Shown in pieces: positions 24,085-37,610 of a stretch of DNA of 64,000 nt. Position 1 is the stretch's first letter, and each line of letters opens with the position of its first letter. A program made the translations under genes and the position numbers. Origin of the DNA: Octopus sinensis (lineage: Eukaryota); the NCBI RefSeq assembly GCF_006345805.1, contig NC_043001.1:32612001-32676000 (forward strand). Direction: 5' to 3'. The notes under the pieces were generated by a model. The model was not told where the DNA came from, ran no database searches, and worked only from the letters and a program-made list of their open reading frames with translations.

Positions 24085-26065
24085 TTGCTGTTATCAGTGG
24101 ATTTTCTTAACCCTAAGTCGTTCTTGTCAAGTAGCTTGATGACCAAACGAAATAACAGCCGTGACCACCACGTCATTTTTTTTCTATTCTTCCTTTAAAC
24201 CTCTTCCAGGCCACATTGGAGACATAATCTAATATATTCATTTTCAGATACACTAGTCTTTTTAATGTTATTTGGCTGCTATTTCTAGCAGATAGAACGA
24301 CCACGTAGAATCCCCATTTTTAACTCGTGATAATTATGGCTCGTTTCCCAAGTCGAACTTGATAGAACAATCCTTTATCAAATGCATTCCATTCATGACC
24401 ATCCCATTCATTGCTATGTAAGACTACATTATGTAATAAACCCTTTCCTTATGTAAATCAACATATGTAATTTGAGTAAGTTTTGGCTCTTATTTCTAGC
24501 AGATTGTGTGACAACGTAAGCGATTACTCGTTGGCTCCTGCTTGTGAAAATATTGGTGCAAAATATTGTTGTAGTTCTTGTTTAACACTATGTAAAAGTA
24601 CTTATTGTTGGAGGTATTCCATCCGCGACCATTTCGACTTTTGCAAGCAAAATACCCAGTCTCTTATTTTCTCTGCCCTATTATTTCTAAGAATTAATTA
24701 ATTAATTATCTAATTAGATTCAAAAACTTTTGTGGACGGTAGTCGGTGTCACCTGACAGAAAATTTGATTGCTATGTATGACATATACAAAAAAAAACAA
24801 AAAAAAATTTGAAGAAAAGAAAATCAGGAAAGGTCACGGCCGGAGCGCCATGGATCATATGTTTGCTCGACCGGACGGGGCTGGCATGGAACGAAAAATC
24901 ACTACCACATCATGATCGTCATCGTCATCATCGTCATTATCATCATCATCATCATCATCATCATCATCGTCATCATCGTCATCATCATCATCATCATCAT
25001 CGTCGTCGTCATCGTCATCGTCGTCGTCGTCATCATCATCATCATCATCACCATCATCATCATCAACAACAACAGCAGCAGCAGCAGCAGCAGCAAAAGC
25101 CAATAACAACAACAACAACTATCATTACGTAATACATGGTAGGGTAGAGAGCGCTAAACAATATAGAGATTCCATCTTTCGGCATTGCGAGTTCGAATCC
25201 AGCTTCAGTCGGACTTTCATATTGTTCTACTGGAGTCGATAAAATCTGGAGAAGAACCGTAACAGGGATGGGTCACCGCATTGCAAACTATATGGGCTTG
25301 TATCAATGTAAGGGTCACAATATAATATTCATTTTTGTGCTATTTAGCCCCGGGTAGGCTCTGAAGGAGCAGACTTATGATCAAAAGGCTTCCTGAGGTC
25401 ACCATCCTGCTTTTTTCTCGATGTGTATGAAACTCAGGCCAGCGTTTTCCAACATATTCTCTTGTAAGTTGGTGAGGTGTTTATCTGAAAGAGAGTTGGT
25501 TGCTATTTCTAACAGTTTGCACAACCACGTAGAGCCCTCCACGCATCGCTAGCTGGATACAGCGTTATGCAGTGATGTGGTGTTGGTGGTGGTGGTGGTG
25601 ACTGTGTCAGTGGTGGTGATGGTGGTAGTGGTGGTGGTAATTTTGGTGGTGATGGTGGCGGTGGTAGTGGTGGCGGCGGCGGCGGTGGTGATGAATTTTT
25701 TTTAAAACTGATATTGTCTTTTCAAAAAACAAAGATGATGATGATGATGATGATGATGATGAGGGGGAGGAGGAGGAAGAGGAAGAAGGGGAGGAAGAAG
25801 AGGAGGAGAACGGCGACGACGACGCCAATGACACTGACGATTACAACGGTACCAACATTGATGATGTTGGTGTTGATGATGCACGTACTCTTATTTATGC
25901 TGTTTAAACCCCGAAGTAGCCACCTTTTTTTTCCTTTTCCTATATTTTAAGGAACCTGGGGCTGTATTATCCACCATATCCCTTTTCCCTTTGTTTCCAA
26001 GATGAACGAGGTAGGTACGAGTTCAGTGAGTTTTAGCTGCTATTTCTAGCAAGTCAAGTTACCAC
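24085..26065 (-). mobile_element. Cluster of SINE F copies (about 24085-24330, 25320-25535, 25885-26065) with trinucleotide fields
   Basis: GCTGCTATTTCTAGCA and TTTAGCCCC motifs. Confidence 0.6.
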
Positions 26066-26469
26066 GCATAGATTCCCTCGTGACGCCTGTTAGCTGCGCT
26101 GGTAGTGTTGGAGAGGTGTGGCTGGTCCATAGCTGCTGCTGCTGCTGCTCGCTTCTACTGCTGCTGCTGCTTCTACTACTACTGCTGCTGCTGCTGCTAC
26201 CACTGCTGTAGATGCTGCTGTTCGTAGTGATGGTGGTGATCGACATGTTTCATTGATATTTCCGAGTCACAAGACTGAAATTACTCAGTCTTCGAGTAAC
26301 AATTTTCGTGATCGCTAATAACAAACAACATCATCTTAAGCAGCAACCATGACAGCAGCAGCAGCAGCAGCAGCAACAACAACATCAACAACAACAACAA
26401 CAAAACAACAACAACAACAACAACAACAGTGACAACAACAGTGACAACAACAACAACAACAAAAACACT

Positions 26470-26802
26470 GGCACTCCGTCGGTTAAGACGACGAAGGGTT
26501 CCATTTTGATCCAACCAGTGGAACAGCCAATGGTCGTGATAGTAACACGAAAGTGGCCGAGTACTCCACAGACACGCGTACCCATAATAACATAGTTCTC
26601 AGGGAGATTCAGCATGACACGGAAAAGTGACAAGACTGGCCCTTTGAAATACAGTTACTCCTTAATTTTTTGCCAGCTGAGTGGACAGGAGCAACGTGAA
26701 GTAAAGTGTCTTGTTCAAGGACACGACATCATGCCTGGATCCGAACTCACGACCGCACGATCGTGAGCCGAACACCCCTAACTACTGAGCCACGTGCCTT
26801 CT
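26470..26802 (-). mobile_element. SINE fragments: 3' part of long B variant and head of SINE C
   Basis: Homology to 8200-8360 and to 928-1050. Confidence 0.65.
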
Positions 26803-26809
26803 CATATCA

Positions 26810-26928
26810 ACAAAAACAACAATAACAACAACAGCATCTGCTGTTAGAAGAACAACAGTAACAACAACAGAAGCAGAAAGCATTATATCAACATCAACAT
26901 AACCAATTACAGCGTAACAAAGATCATC

Positions 26929-26980
<52 letters not shown>

Positions 26981-27065
26981 CCATCATCACCATCATCATC
27001 ATCATCATCATCATCACCATCATCATCATCGTGATCACTAACACCATCATCGTCGTCATCATTAC

Positions 27066-27104
<39 letters not shown>

Positions 27105-28155
27105 TACCACCATCATCGTCATCACTATCAGCAGCAGCATCGTCTTCATCATCATCATTGTCATCATCATTACTATCACCATCATCATCATCATCATCAT
27201 CATCGTCGTCGTCGTCGTCGTCGTCGTCGTCATCATTACCATCATCATCATCATCATCGTCGTCGACCAAAACAGCAGCAGCAGCAGAGGAGCACCACAA
27301 CCACAACCACCACCATCATCATCACCACGACCACGACCATCACCAACACCTCCCATCCCCACCACCGCCACGACCACCTCCACGAACAACAACAACAACA
27401 AACAACAACAACAACAACAACAAAGGTAGCACCATCAGCAATGGAAGCGGCAGAAAGAACAAAAACAACAACAGCAGCTGTTTGGAGGCAGTGACAGCGA
27501 TGACTGCTGCTGCTGCTGATGATGATGTGATGTTGTCGTTGCTGTTACCTCTGATAAAAAAACAAAACAAAAGCATCATTATATTTATCAGCAGCAACAG
27601 CAGCAACAGCAGCAGTATTAGCAGCATTCATTGCTTGTTTGTAGCGTCAATCGTGTCTCTGTCATCAGTGGAGAGGTTCTAATACTGAGACCTTAAAAAT
27701 AAAAAAAACTCACAACGAACAGGTAATATTCGAAGGGGTGGGCATCAGCACCACCACCACCACCACCACCACCTCCTCCCGGTCTTCTTCTCTTCTTCTT
27801 CTTCCTCATCTTCCTCATCTTCTCCTTCATCTTCCTCCCCTTCTTGTTCTTCGTGTTCTTTTTCTTTTTTTTTTTTCTTCTTCCTCCAATTCTTCTTCTT
27901 CTTCTTCTTCTTTTTCTTCGTGTTCTTTATATTTTCTTCTTTCTTCATCTTCCTCTCCTTCTTCTTGTTCTTCTTGTTCTTCTTCGTGTTCTTTTTATTT
28001 CTTCTTCTTCCTCCCTTCTTTTCTTCTTCTTCCGCCCTTCTTCTTCTTCTTCTTCTTCTTTTTCTTCTTCCTCTTCTTCTTCTTTTCCTTCTTTTTCTTC
28101 TTCTTCTTCTTCTTCTTCTTCTTCTTCTTCTTTTCCTTCTTCTTCTTCTTCTTCT

Positions 28156-28190
<35 letters not shown>

Positions 28191-28340
28191 TGCTTCTTCT
28201 TCTTCTTCTTCTTCTTCTTCTTCTGCTTCTTCTTCTTCTTCTTCTTCTTCTTCTTCTTCTTCTTCTTCTTCTTCTCTTCTTCTTCTTCTACCACCCCCAC
28301 CAAAACCATTTCCATCATCACAACCACCGATGCCATACCA
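26810..28340. repeat. (ATC)n/(AAC)n/(CTT)n fields
   Basis: Direct reading. Confidence 0.95.
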
Positions 28341-28481
28341 GGTGAGCTTCCAGGCGAGTACTTCCCAGTCCCCACCTTTTTTTAAAAAAATCTATCTATG
28401 GTCCCCTTTGACTCCTCTCTCACTCTACTGGACCCTCATAGACATTCAACACCTTAAAAAGAAATCCAGTGGAATTTATAT

Positions 28482-28947
28482 TACTCTTTTACTTGTTTCA
28501 GTCATTTGACTGCGGCCATGCTGGAGTTGCTATTTCTAACAGCTTGCACAACCACGTAGAGCCCTCCACGCATCGCTAGCTGGATACGGCGTTATACCGC
28601 CTTTAGTCGAACAAATTGACCCCAGGATTTATTCCTTGTAGCCTAGTACTTATTCTATCAGCCTCTTTGCCGAAACTAAGTTACGGGGACGAAAATAAAA
28701 CAGCATTGTTGTAAAGCGATGTTGGAGGACAAACACAGACACACAAACATTAAAACACCATATAAATATACACATATATACGACGGGCTTCTTTTGTTTC
28801 TGTTTTATCACTCAAAATCCACTCACAAGGCTTTGGTCGGCCCGAGGCTATAGTAGAAGACATTTAGCCAAGGTTCCACGCAGGGAATGAACTCCGGACC
28901 ATGTAGTTGGTAGCAAGCTACTTACCACACAGCCACTTCCTGTGCCT
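28482..28947 (-). mobile_element. SINE family A with a 69-bp insertion and many small indels
   Basis: Insert 28527-28595 interrupts GCTGGAG^CACCGCC. Confidence 0.85.
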
Positions 28948-29094
28948 ATATCAAATATTATTTTGAAATGTAGGAAAAAATAAAGTTGTTAAAATATTTT
29001 GTGTATCGAAGAGGTAAACCCATTTTAGTGCACATAGATTTTAACGACAAAACCTTATATGGCTCACCAGGGATTATATTTATCCCGGCTACAC

Positions 29095-29312
29095 TAGGCA
29101 CAAGGCTCGAAATTTTGTGGGATGGAGCCAGTGGATTACATCGACCCCAGTCAAGGCATTGACAAGCTGGTACTTTATTTTATCGATCCCGTAAGGACGA
29201 AAAGCAAAGTTGACCTTGATGGCATTTGGATTCAAAACGTAAAGAGCTGGAAGAAGCGCTGCTAAGCATTTTCTTTATTCGATTCATTAACGATTCTGCC
29301 AGCTTGCAGCCT
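29095..29312 (-). mobile_element. Degenerate SINE of the D-related family (further copies near 6395, 30345, 39905, 40975, 41225, 42100-42680, 44445, 46380, 54478)
   Basis: Shared TCGACCCCAG...CTGGTACTTATTTTATCGACCCCGAAAGGATGAAAGGCAAAGTCGACC motif. Confidence 0.75.
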
Positions 29313-29388
29313 ATGACAAATTGCAGCCAAAATCTCACTGCAGTTTTTCTCAAGAAACGGTACATTGAATTATATATTTCTAAATATT

Positions 29389-29596
29389 CTCTTTACTCTT
29401 TTACTTGTTTGTCATTTGACTGCCGCCATGCTGGAGCTCCGCCTTTAGTCGAGCAAATCGACCCCCAGAACTTATTCTTTGTAAGCCTAGTACTTATTCT
29501 ATCCGCCTCTTTTGCCGAACACCTAAGTTACGGGGTCGTAAACACACCAGCATCGGTTGTCAAGCGATGTTGGGGGGGACAAACACAGACACACAA

Positions 29597-29633
<37 letters not shown>

Positions 29634-29805
29634 CATATATACGACGGGCCTCTTTCAGTTTCCGTCTACCAAATCCACTCACAATGCTTTGGTCGGCCCG
29701 AGGCTATAGTAGAAAACACTTGCCCAAGGCGCCACGCAGTGGGACTGAACCCGGAACCATGTGGTTCGTAAGTAAGCTACTTACCACACAGCCACTCCTA
29801 CGCCT
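29389..29805 (-). mobile_element. SINE family A, full length
   Basis: Identity with A copies. Confidence 0.9.
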
Positions 29806-31214
29806 ATAAATACATTGTGTTTAGGGGAAAGACTGAATGGTCATATAGGTTTCACCCTCCATTTTATGATCTCTCTTAAGTACATTGGAACACGTTTTTT
29901 CCCCAAACTCAGTGACATAGGGATGTGAACATCTTCTTAAATATCTTTAATACCTTTATTGCTTGGGCTAGACTTGTTGTACCAAAATTTTGTTATTACA
30001 GTCTGATGTTCATCATTAATCATTGTAAACAATTCTTAGATTTCTTTTCAGTTAAATGCCCGAAAAATCAAAATAACTCCTTAATCTTCTTGTAAGGGTT
30101 CAATTGTGTTTGATTAAATGAAAACAATTTCAGGATAAATGCACGCGTGGAGAGAATCAGAATTTGAAAATTAACCAAAAGTATTGTAATTTTTCCAACA
30201 TTAACATTTGGCCGTAGACAAACCATCCAATAAACAGATCCTATGTAACGCAACCTTTTCTGATAGGTTACCACATAACAGAGAAACTAAGTTTCGAGTT
30301 GCTATTCGCTGCTCTTGGGCTTTCAAAGTGATTTAAAAAATGGCTTAAGTTTTATCGATCCCTGTAGGATGAAAGGCAAAGTCAACTTTGTTGGAATTGA
30401 TCTCAGAACGTAAAGACGGACGAAATGCCGTTAAACATTTTCCCCGGCGTGGTTAAGATTCTGCCAGCTTGCCAATCACTTAAATTCTTTTCTACTCTAA
30501 GCACAAGCCCGAAATTTTGGGGGAGGGAGCCAGTCGATTAGATCGACCCCAGTACGCAACTGGTACTTAATTTATCTCCTAAAAACCATGTGACGTGATC
30601 ATTTGGTGCTTTAAACACCACTGTCCTTTAAGATGAATATGTTAAAGAGTAACCGTTTCTAAATTAGCTCTTATTTATATTGAAACCTAAATTTAATGGA
30701 TATTGTTGCAAAAATTACGATATATTCCGGATGTCAGCATTTATGGGTTCTCCTGTTATGGAGGTTAGATAATGTCTTCAAAGGATTCTCTTGTGAAGGT
30801 TGGATTATTTATTTCTTCAACACGAGAAACAACAAACACTTGAGTCTCAACACCAGCTTCTAGTTTTAAATAATTTGATAAGTTTAATACGTTGTGCTTT
30901 ACAACGGTTTAGAAAGCGATGGGCGTCGCTGGGACATATCTTTCATCCAAACACGTCATGTCTGTGTTAGTTGGGAGTTGCTCACTTGAATTTTGGAATG
31001 GAACTTTTAATTAGTCAGACCAATTCATGATTTATATTTACAGTTGATTCCGTATCAACATTTTTGTTTTTTCTTCCTTCTACTTTCTTTCTATTCTTTA
31101 CTATTTTTTTTTATCAAATTATAGAAATGTACACTTATTTGGCAGATACACTTAGACACACACGTACATACATATATATGTATATACCGTATGTGTACAT
31201 ATACATATTTTTTT

Positions 31215-31511
31215 CTCTCTAGTTTCAGCTCAGAGCTGCGGCCATGCTGATGCACCGCCGTTTTGCTACACTGTTATTACTAAGAGCCTCCTCTAATATG
31301 TGGCACTTGGTGAAGCATGGAGTTTGATATAGCTACCCTCATTTGCACCTCTTGCCGTGAGGTAGATTCATCTGGGACTCTCGACAGGAAGAGGTCCAGC
31401 TTTGATTTAAAAACCCCTACATCTACTTTATGCAAGTTCCTCAGGCTCTTTGGGAGAATATTAAAAAGCTGTGGGCCCTTGAAACCAAGGCTGTTGCAGT
31501 AACTGGTCATG
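31215..31511 (-). mobile_element. CR1/L2-group LINE 3' end (second family) whose tail matches SINE A
   Basis: SLGFKGPQLFNILPKSLRNL...FKSKLDLFLSRVPDE; tail GGCGGTGCATCAGCATGGCCGCAG...CTGAAAC. Confidence 0.8.
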
Positions 31512-31824
31512 CGCGCGCATGTGTATGTGTATGAATGTGTTAAGATTTTTATCTTTCGTAAAAGTTTACAAAAAAATATTAAAGTGTTGAATACACACAG
31601 GGGAAGGAAAGTATTGATTATGAGATTTGTACAACGCAAGATTTTTTTATATTAACAACTTCATCGTTCGACCACTACCTCATTTTCACGTCAGTTTCCG
31701 GAAAGATGTCATGCTTATGAATTCACGAATCTTTAATTGATGCGAATTTTCTCAGACTAACACCTAACCGAACATGCTTTGAATCTGTAGTATGAATGTT
31801 ATAGCTATAGTTGCGAATCCCTTA

Positions 31825-31993
31825 AGGCGGCGAGCTGGCAGAAACGTTAGCACGCCGGGCGAAATACGTAGCTGTATTTCGTCTGTCGTTACGTTCTGAG
31901 TTCAAATTCCGCCGAGGTCGACTTTGCCTTTCATCCTTTCGGGGTCGATAAATTAAGTACCAGTTACGCACTGGGGTCGATGTAATCGACTTA
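31825..31993 (+). mobile_element. SINE family D, truncated where the LINE fragment begins
   Basis: Identity with 57954-58184. Confidence 0.85.
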
Positions 31994-33481
31994 GTTTTCA
32001 AAAAGGGAAACAAGTCCCTTGCAGTGAATTACCGCCCGATCTCACTCACCTCTCATATCATCAAGGTATTTGAGAGGGTGGTGAGATCTCGAATAACCCA
32101 ATTTCTGGAAAGCAACAGACGGCTGATCTCCAACCAACATGGGTTCCGTAATGGAAGGGACTGCCTAACGCAGCTCCTGCATCACTTTGAGGACATTTTG
32201 AGAGCTTTGGGAGAGGGCTCCAACACCGATGTCATCTACCTTGATTTCAGTAAGGCCTTCGACAGGGTCGATCACAAGATCCTATTGAAAAAACTATCCA
32301 ACATTGGTTGTCTCTGGAAAGTTACTGAAATGGATTAGTGTTTCCTGACAGACAGATCTCAACATGTTGTAGTTGAAGGGGTAAAATCAAGCCCAGCAAA
32401 GTCAGTAGTGGCGTTCCGCAAGGCACTGTGCTGGGCCCACTTCTTTTCATCATTACATTAATGACATTAATGACATCATCAAGCACAGCAACACATAAAA
32501 ATCTTTGCAGATGACTCCAAGCTACAGAAGGTCATAAATGAGGCGAGTGACCGGACATGCCTTCAGTCAGATCTACTGGCTGTTATCCAATGGGCAGAAA
32601 AAAACAATATGCTGCTGAACGAGGATAAATTTGAGCTAATCCACTTTGGAAAAGAGGATGCCTGAAACTCCCATACTCCCTTCCTTCAGGTGAAACTCTC
32701 GCGGCGTCCAACAACATCAGAGACTTGGGAGTAATTGTGGACAACAACGTAAGCTGGGCCACTCATATAAACACCAAAGTTGACATGGCCCGCAGAATGT
32801 GTTCCTGGATTCTCAGAACTTTCCAGTCGAGAGATATCCACACCATTATCCTTCTCTTCTCCACTTTTGCCCGACCCCACCTTGAATACTGTTGTCCACT
32901 GTGGTCTCCCCACACAATACAAGGTATCATAAAAGTTGAAGCACCTCAAAGGGCAATCACAAAAAAGATAGATGGCATGACAGGGCTCGACTATTGGGTC
33001 GGCTAGAAAAGCTAAAACTCTATTCTCTCCAACGTCGTCGTGAGCGCTACATCATCTGCATGATGTGGAAAATATTCCATCAGCATTGCCCAAATGATGT
33101 TGGCATCACCTTTAAGGTACATCCAAGGCTGGGGCCCCGTGCCATCCGCCCAAAACAAAAATCGCACTCTCATCTCATAACAACAATACGGCACAATTAT
33201 TTCACCTCAATTGGCCCCGCTCTCTTAACATTACACCAAAACACAATTAAAGCAGAAACTGACCCTATAGGGTTCAAGAAGTCTTTGGACAGATTCCTTC
33301 AAGAAATCCCGGATAAACCCCCTACACCTGGATATGTCTCTGTAAACAATAACTCTCTACTTGAGTGGGCCATAGTGCCCAAATTCTGACTTGAAAGACT
33401 TCACCAGGTGGTGCTATTAAGTTAGACATGGCCTGGGCCAATAATGGCCGAAACCTATCAAAGTATCAAAGTATCAAAGTA
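31994..33481 (+). pseudogene. 5'-truncated CR1/L2-group LINE, frameshifted reverse transcriptase plus 3' UTR
   Basis: NYRPISLTS, QHGFR, YLDFSKAFDRVDH, GVPQGTVLGP, IFADDSKL, LYSLQRRRERY; (TATCAAAG)n tail. Confidence 0.95.
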
Positions 33482-33527
33482 TATATATATATATATATAT
33501 GTGTATATATATATATATATTATATAT

Positions 33528-33601
<74 letters not shown>

Positions 33602-33690
33602 ATATATATATAAATATAATATAATATAGAATATATATATATATATATATATATATTTGTGTGTATATATAAAATAAAATATATATATAA

Positions 33691-33968
33691 GGTGTGGCCA
33701 TGTGGTAAGAAGCTTGCTTCCTAATCACATGGTTCTGGGTTCAGTCCCACAGCTTGGTACTTTGGGCAAGTGTCTTCTACTATATCCTCGGGACGAGCAA
33801 AGCCTTATGAGTGGATTTGGTAGATTGAAACTGAAAGAAGCCCTTCTCATATATATGTATATATGTGTGCGTGTTTGCGCGTGTGTATGTGTGTGTGTGT
33901 GTGTGTATGTGTGTGTGTGTGTGGTGTGTGTGTGTGTGTGTGTGTAATTTGTGTCTGTGTTTGTCTCC
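33691..33968 (+). mobile_element. SINE family A variant, 5' part
   Basis: Homology. Confidence 0.75.
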
Positions 33969-35144
33969 AGCTGGGGCTGATGTAAACTACTAGCCTCCCC
34001 ACTTCCGAAATTACACGTCTTGTGCCTATAGAAGAAACAATCATTTATTTTAGCCTGCAGCTTTGGCCGAATCATTAGAACATCGGAAAAAAGAAATGGT
34101 TTGTGGTGATTGTTTCTGCTTTCTATATTCTGAGCTCAAATCCTTCTGAGGTCAACTGTGCCTTTCATCCCCATCATGGGATCAGCATGATAAATTAGAC
34201 TTAAAACTAAAACCGCGCTCACTATCCTGTATCTATCCTGTATATAAATAAGAGTATTACCCTTTGTGTCTTAAAAAAGAAAAAGCAGAAAGGAACAGGT
34301 TATCATTTGAGGGAGATTTGACGCTTATATCAAGGAGGATAGGTGTACACATGTTTCAATGAACTTTATCCTAGATTAATATTCAGTCATGTGACCGGAG
34401 ACTAGGTAGTATGTTGCGTTTGTGCAACATTTCTAGTTACAACTTCTGTGACTTCCATTCAGTACTTCCTGTATTTCCTGCAACTTTTATAGGTGAATGT
34501 AATACATATATACATTCGCTGCTTAAATGAACATTTATCCTTACTCCTGGACCCCCCTCTCTCTCTCTCTCTCCAACTTCCGCACTCACCCACACATAAA
34601 TACATATTTGTATGTACATACATATAGAATCACAAATATATGTAATATTTATATAAATACATATGCATGCATGCGCGCGTATGTGTGTGCATTTGTATAT
34701 GTATACATATATACATATAAGTATGTATAGGTATATGTGTATGTATGTATGTATATATTGTAGAAGACACCTGCCCAAGTGCCTCGCAGTGGGAATGATA
34801 CTTACCACGCTGCCACTCTATAGATATGGGTGTGAGCTGTGCACTATAGAAACATGAGATTTTTAAGTATAGGGAGAACAACCTGATTAATAATAGATTA
34901 GACCTAAGGTTATGCATAGCGTCACCCGTACATTTAAGTATTTTCGAAACTAAAGATTATAGGTGCCATACTTGAACTATGATGGTGGAAATTAATTTTG
35001 GTGACGTATCCGTTGTAAACTTACACTCTAGTTTTAAATATAATAAAATCATGGGATATTATGTTGCATGATTAAGTAAATTGCATTGCATATGTTATAA
35101 GCTATGTGTTATGGTATGTGGTGTGCTATATATAATACTTATTT

Positions 35145-35343
35145 CTTTACTACCCACAGGGGGCTAAACACAGAGGGGACAAACAAGAACAGACAAACGG
35201 ATTAAGTTGATTACATCGACCCCAGTGCGTAACTGGTACTTAATTTATCGACCCCGAAAGGACGATAGGCAAAGTCGACCTCGGCGGAATTTGAACTCAG
35301 AACGTAACGGCAGACGAAATACGGCTACGCATTGCGCCCGGGG
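35145..35343 (-). mobile_element. SINE family D, head-truncated
   Basis: Homology to 13241-13479. Confidence 0.85.
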
Positions 35344-35769
35344 TGCTATATATATAATACTGTCCCATGATAACCATTGCCTAGTTAGTCAGACTTCATC
35401 CTATTTTGGTGATTATATCCAATTGACTATTCCTAATGTCTTATTTCCTCCCCGAGGGAAAGGGATACATGTGATAATATTTATGACCATACCTAGCCAT
35501 TATCTGCTAGCTCACCCATGTCCTTTATTCAAAATATACACAGTCTCATAGTCTCAGATTTAGTAGCTGATAAAGAGATAAATGAATTAGAAATGAATTA
35601 CAATCCCATAAAACGCTGTCACCCCACAAGGCTTCATGCAATTCTTGGAAGTGTAATATATTCTTAGCTAAAATAGCGACAACATACATTTATTCCATCT
35701 TCTTGCTCTGTTAAAATATTTGAGAAAATTTATATTACTGTGCCCTACTTCTTAAAATTCTATTTATCT

Positions 35770-35958
35770 ATTTGTGTTTGTCCCTCTAGCATCCTTGTGT
35801 GTTTATGTCCTCGTCACTTAGCGGTTCGGCAAAAGAGACCGATATAATAAGTACTGGGCTTACAAAGAATAAGTCCCGGGGTCGAGTTGCTCGACTAACG
35901 GCGGTGCTCCAGCATGGCCGCAGTCAAATGACTGAAACAAGTAAAAGAGTAAAAGAGT
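35770..35958 (+). mobile_element. SINE family A, 3' half
   Basis: Homology. Confidence 0.8.
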
Positions 35959-36172
35959 ATATATACATATATACATATATGCACACACAGAGGGGAGAAA
36001 GAGACAGAAAGAAGAAGAGGGAGAGAGAGATTAGATAGGTGTATCTTTGGTTGTAAATATTACTTCAATGGGAAATTTGAGCAACGATTATTTATTTTAT
36101 TTCATTTCATTAACTTGACAAATCCTAAATCCCACTGAAAAATAAAAAAAAAATCGAAAAGTTAAATGACAA

Positions 36173-36378
36173 TTAGTCTTTTACAAGTTTGAAGGCTTCT
36201 GAGGCGTTGAGCGATTGAATGGGGAGGCACACCAGTCTGTCACAGGTTAACCTCCAGCTGCTGTTGACATTCATATCAGTTAAGACAGTAGGAACTTGAA
36301 GTGAAGTTCCCCGCTCAAAGACACAACTCGTCACTTGATCTGAGCTCAAAACACAAACCACTTTACCACGCGCCTTCA
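36173..36378 (-). CDS. Candidate host exon (KARGKVVCVLSSDQVTSCVFERGTSLQVPTV...AFKLVKD*), unidentified
   Basis: GC-richer unique sequence, ttccAG acceptor, long open frame. Confidence 0.35.
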
Positions 36379-37271
36379 CTGGAATTAAACTAGATACACG
36401 TATTATAAAAAAAACAGGGGATGTATAGAATATATGAAGGTAATATCAGCGTTCATAACTTTAATAATAGTTATAATATCTATACTGTCACATTAAGCTT
36501 TAGTCTGTGCCTAATTTATCAGAAACTGTAACAGAACTGTCACAATATATATGGTACATCATATACATAAAGTACATGCTACAGATAGTATATTGCAGTG
36601 TTATAGATAGTTCAAGTCCTGTACAAAGGCGAGTCACAATATATATGATATATCAGAGTGCTATGGCTTACTTCGGTATTTAGACAACATTGATGTTCTA
36701 TAGCTCAGTAACAGTACATACATCACAGAACATCCTATATGCAATGGCTTTATACTTTTTGGCTACATCGTAATTTCTGAACAATATTGTCGGCTGTTAC
36801 AGGTTTCTATTCGGCCAAATATCGCTTCATTAATTTCTGACGATGTGAGTGACAAGTGAAGAGCAAAATCGATGCGGAATAAATATCACAAGCGGGTCTC
36901 CCTTTGTAAATAACGGCGTTTTCATTTATTTTTTAGTATAACCTTCCTGTGAATGTGTGCATGTGTCGTGAGTACGTGCATGTATGTGTGTGGGCGCGCG
37001 CCCACGCGTGCGTGTGCATGCATATGTATATATTTACATGCATACATACATACAAACATACATACATACATACATACAAACATACATACACACATACATG
37101 CACAAATGTATATATGTATGTGTGTGTATATATATATATATATGAATAGATATATACATACGTAATATGCCCCTATATATGTGCATGTATACACAAACAC
37201 ACATATATATACACATAAATATATATACACATATATATTTACACATATATATACACACATATATATGCACA

Positions 37272-37327
<56 letters not shown>

Positions 37328-37344
37328 ATATTTATATATTTATA

Positions 37345-37610
37345 TATATTAGAAGAAATGAGGTACTCAGAAGATGGGATGGTTTATATTTACAGATATT
37401 TATTTGTATATAACATTTTTTATATATATATCATATCACTTAGATTATTAACGCTTTCTCCCATTCTAGTGGGGTTTTCAAATCAGACTAATGGGAGAAG
37501 GCACTAATGATCTAAGTGATATGATATATATAGAAAATGTAATATACAAATAAATATCTGTAAATATAAACCATCCGATCTTCTGAGTACCTCATTTCTT
37601 CTAATATATA
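37345..37610. repeat. ~265-bp near-perfect fold-back in (TA)n
   Basis: Arms 37345-37470 and 37487-37610. Confidence 0.9.

Noticed and set aside
19300-28510. Long ORFs (100-265 aa) rich in T/P/H/V/S/F
   Set aside because: They arise from stop-free trinucleotide repeats open in several frames on both strands, with no splice or domain evidence.
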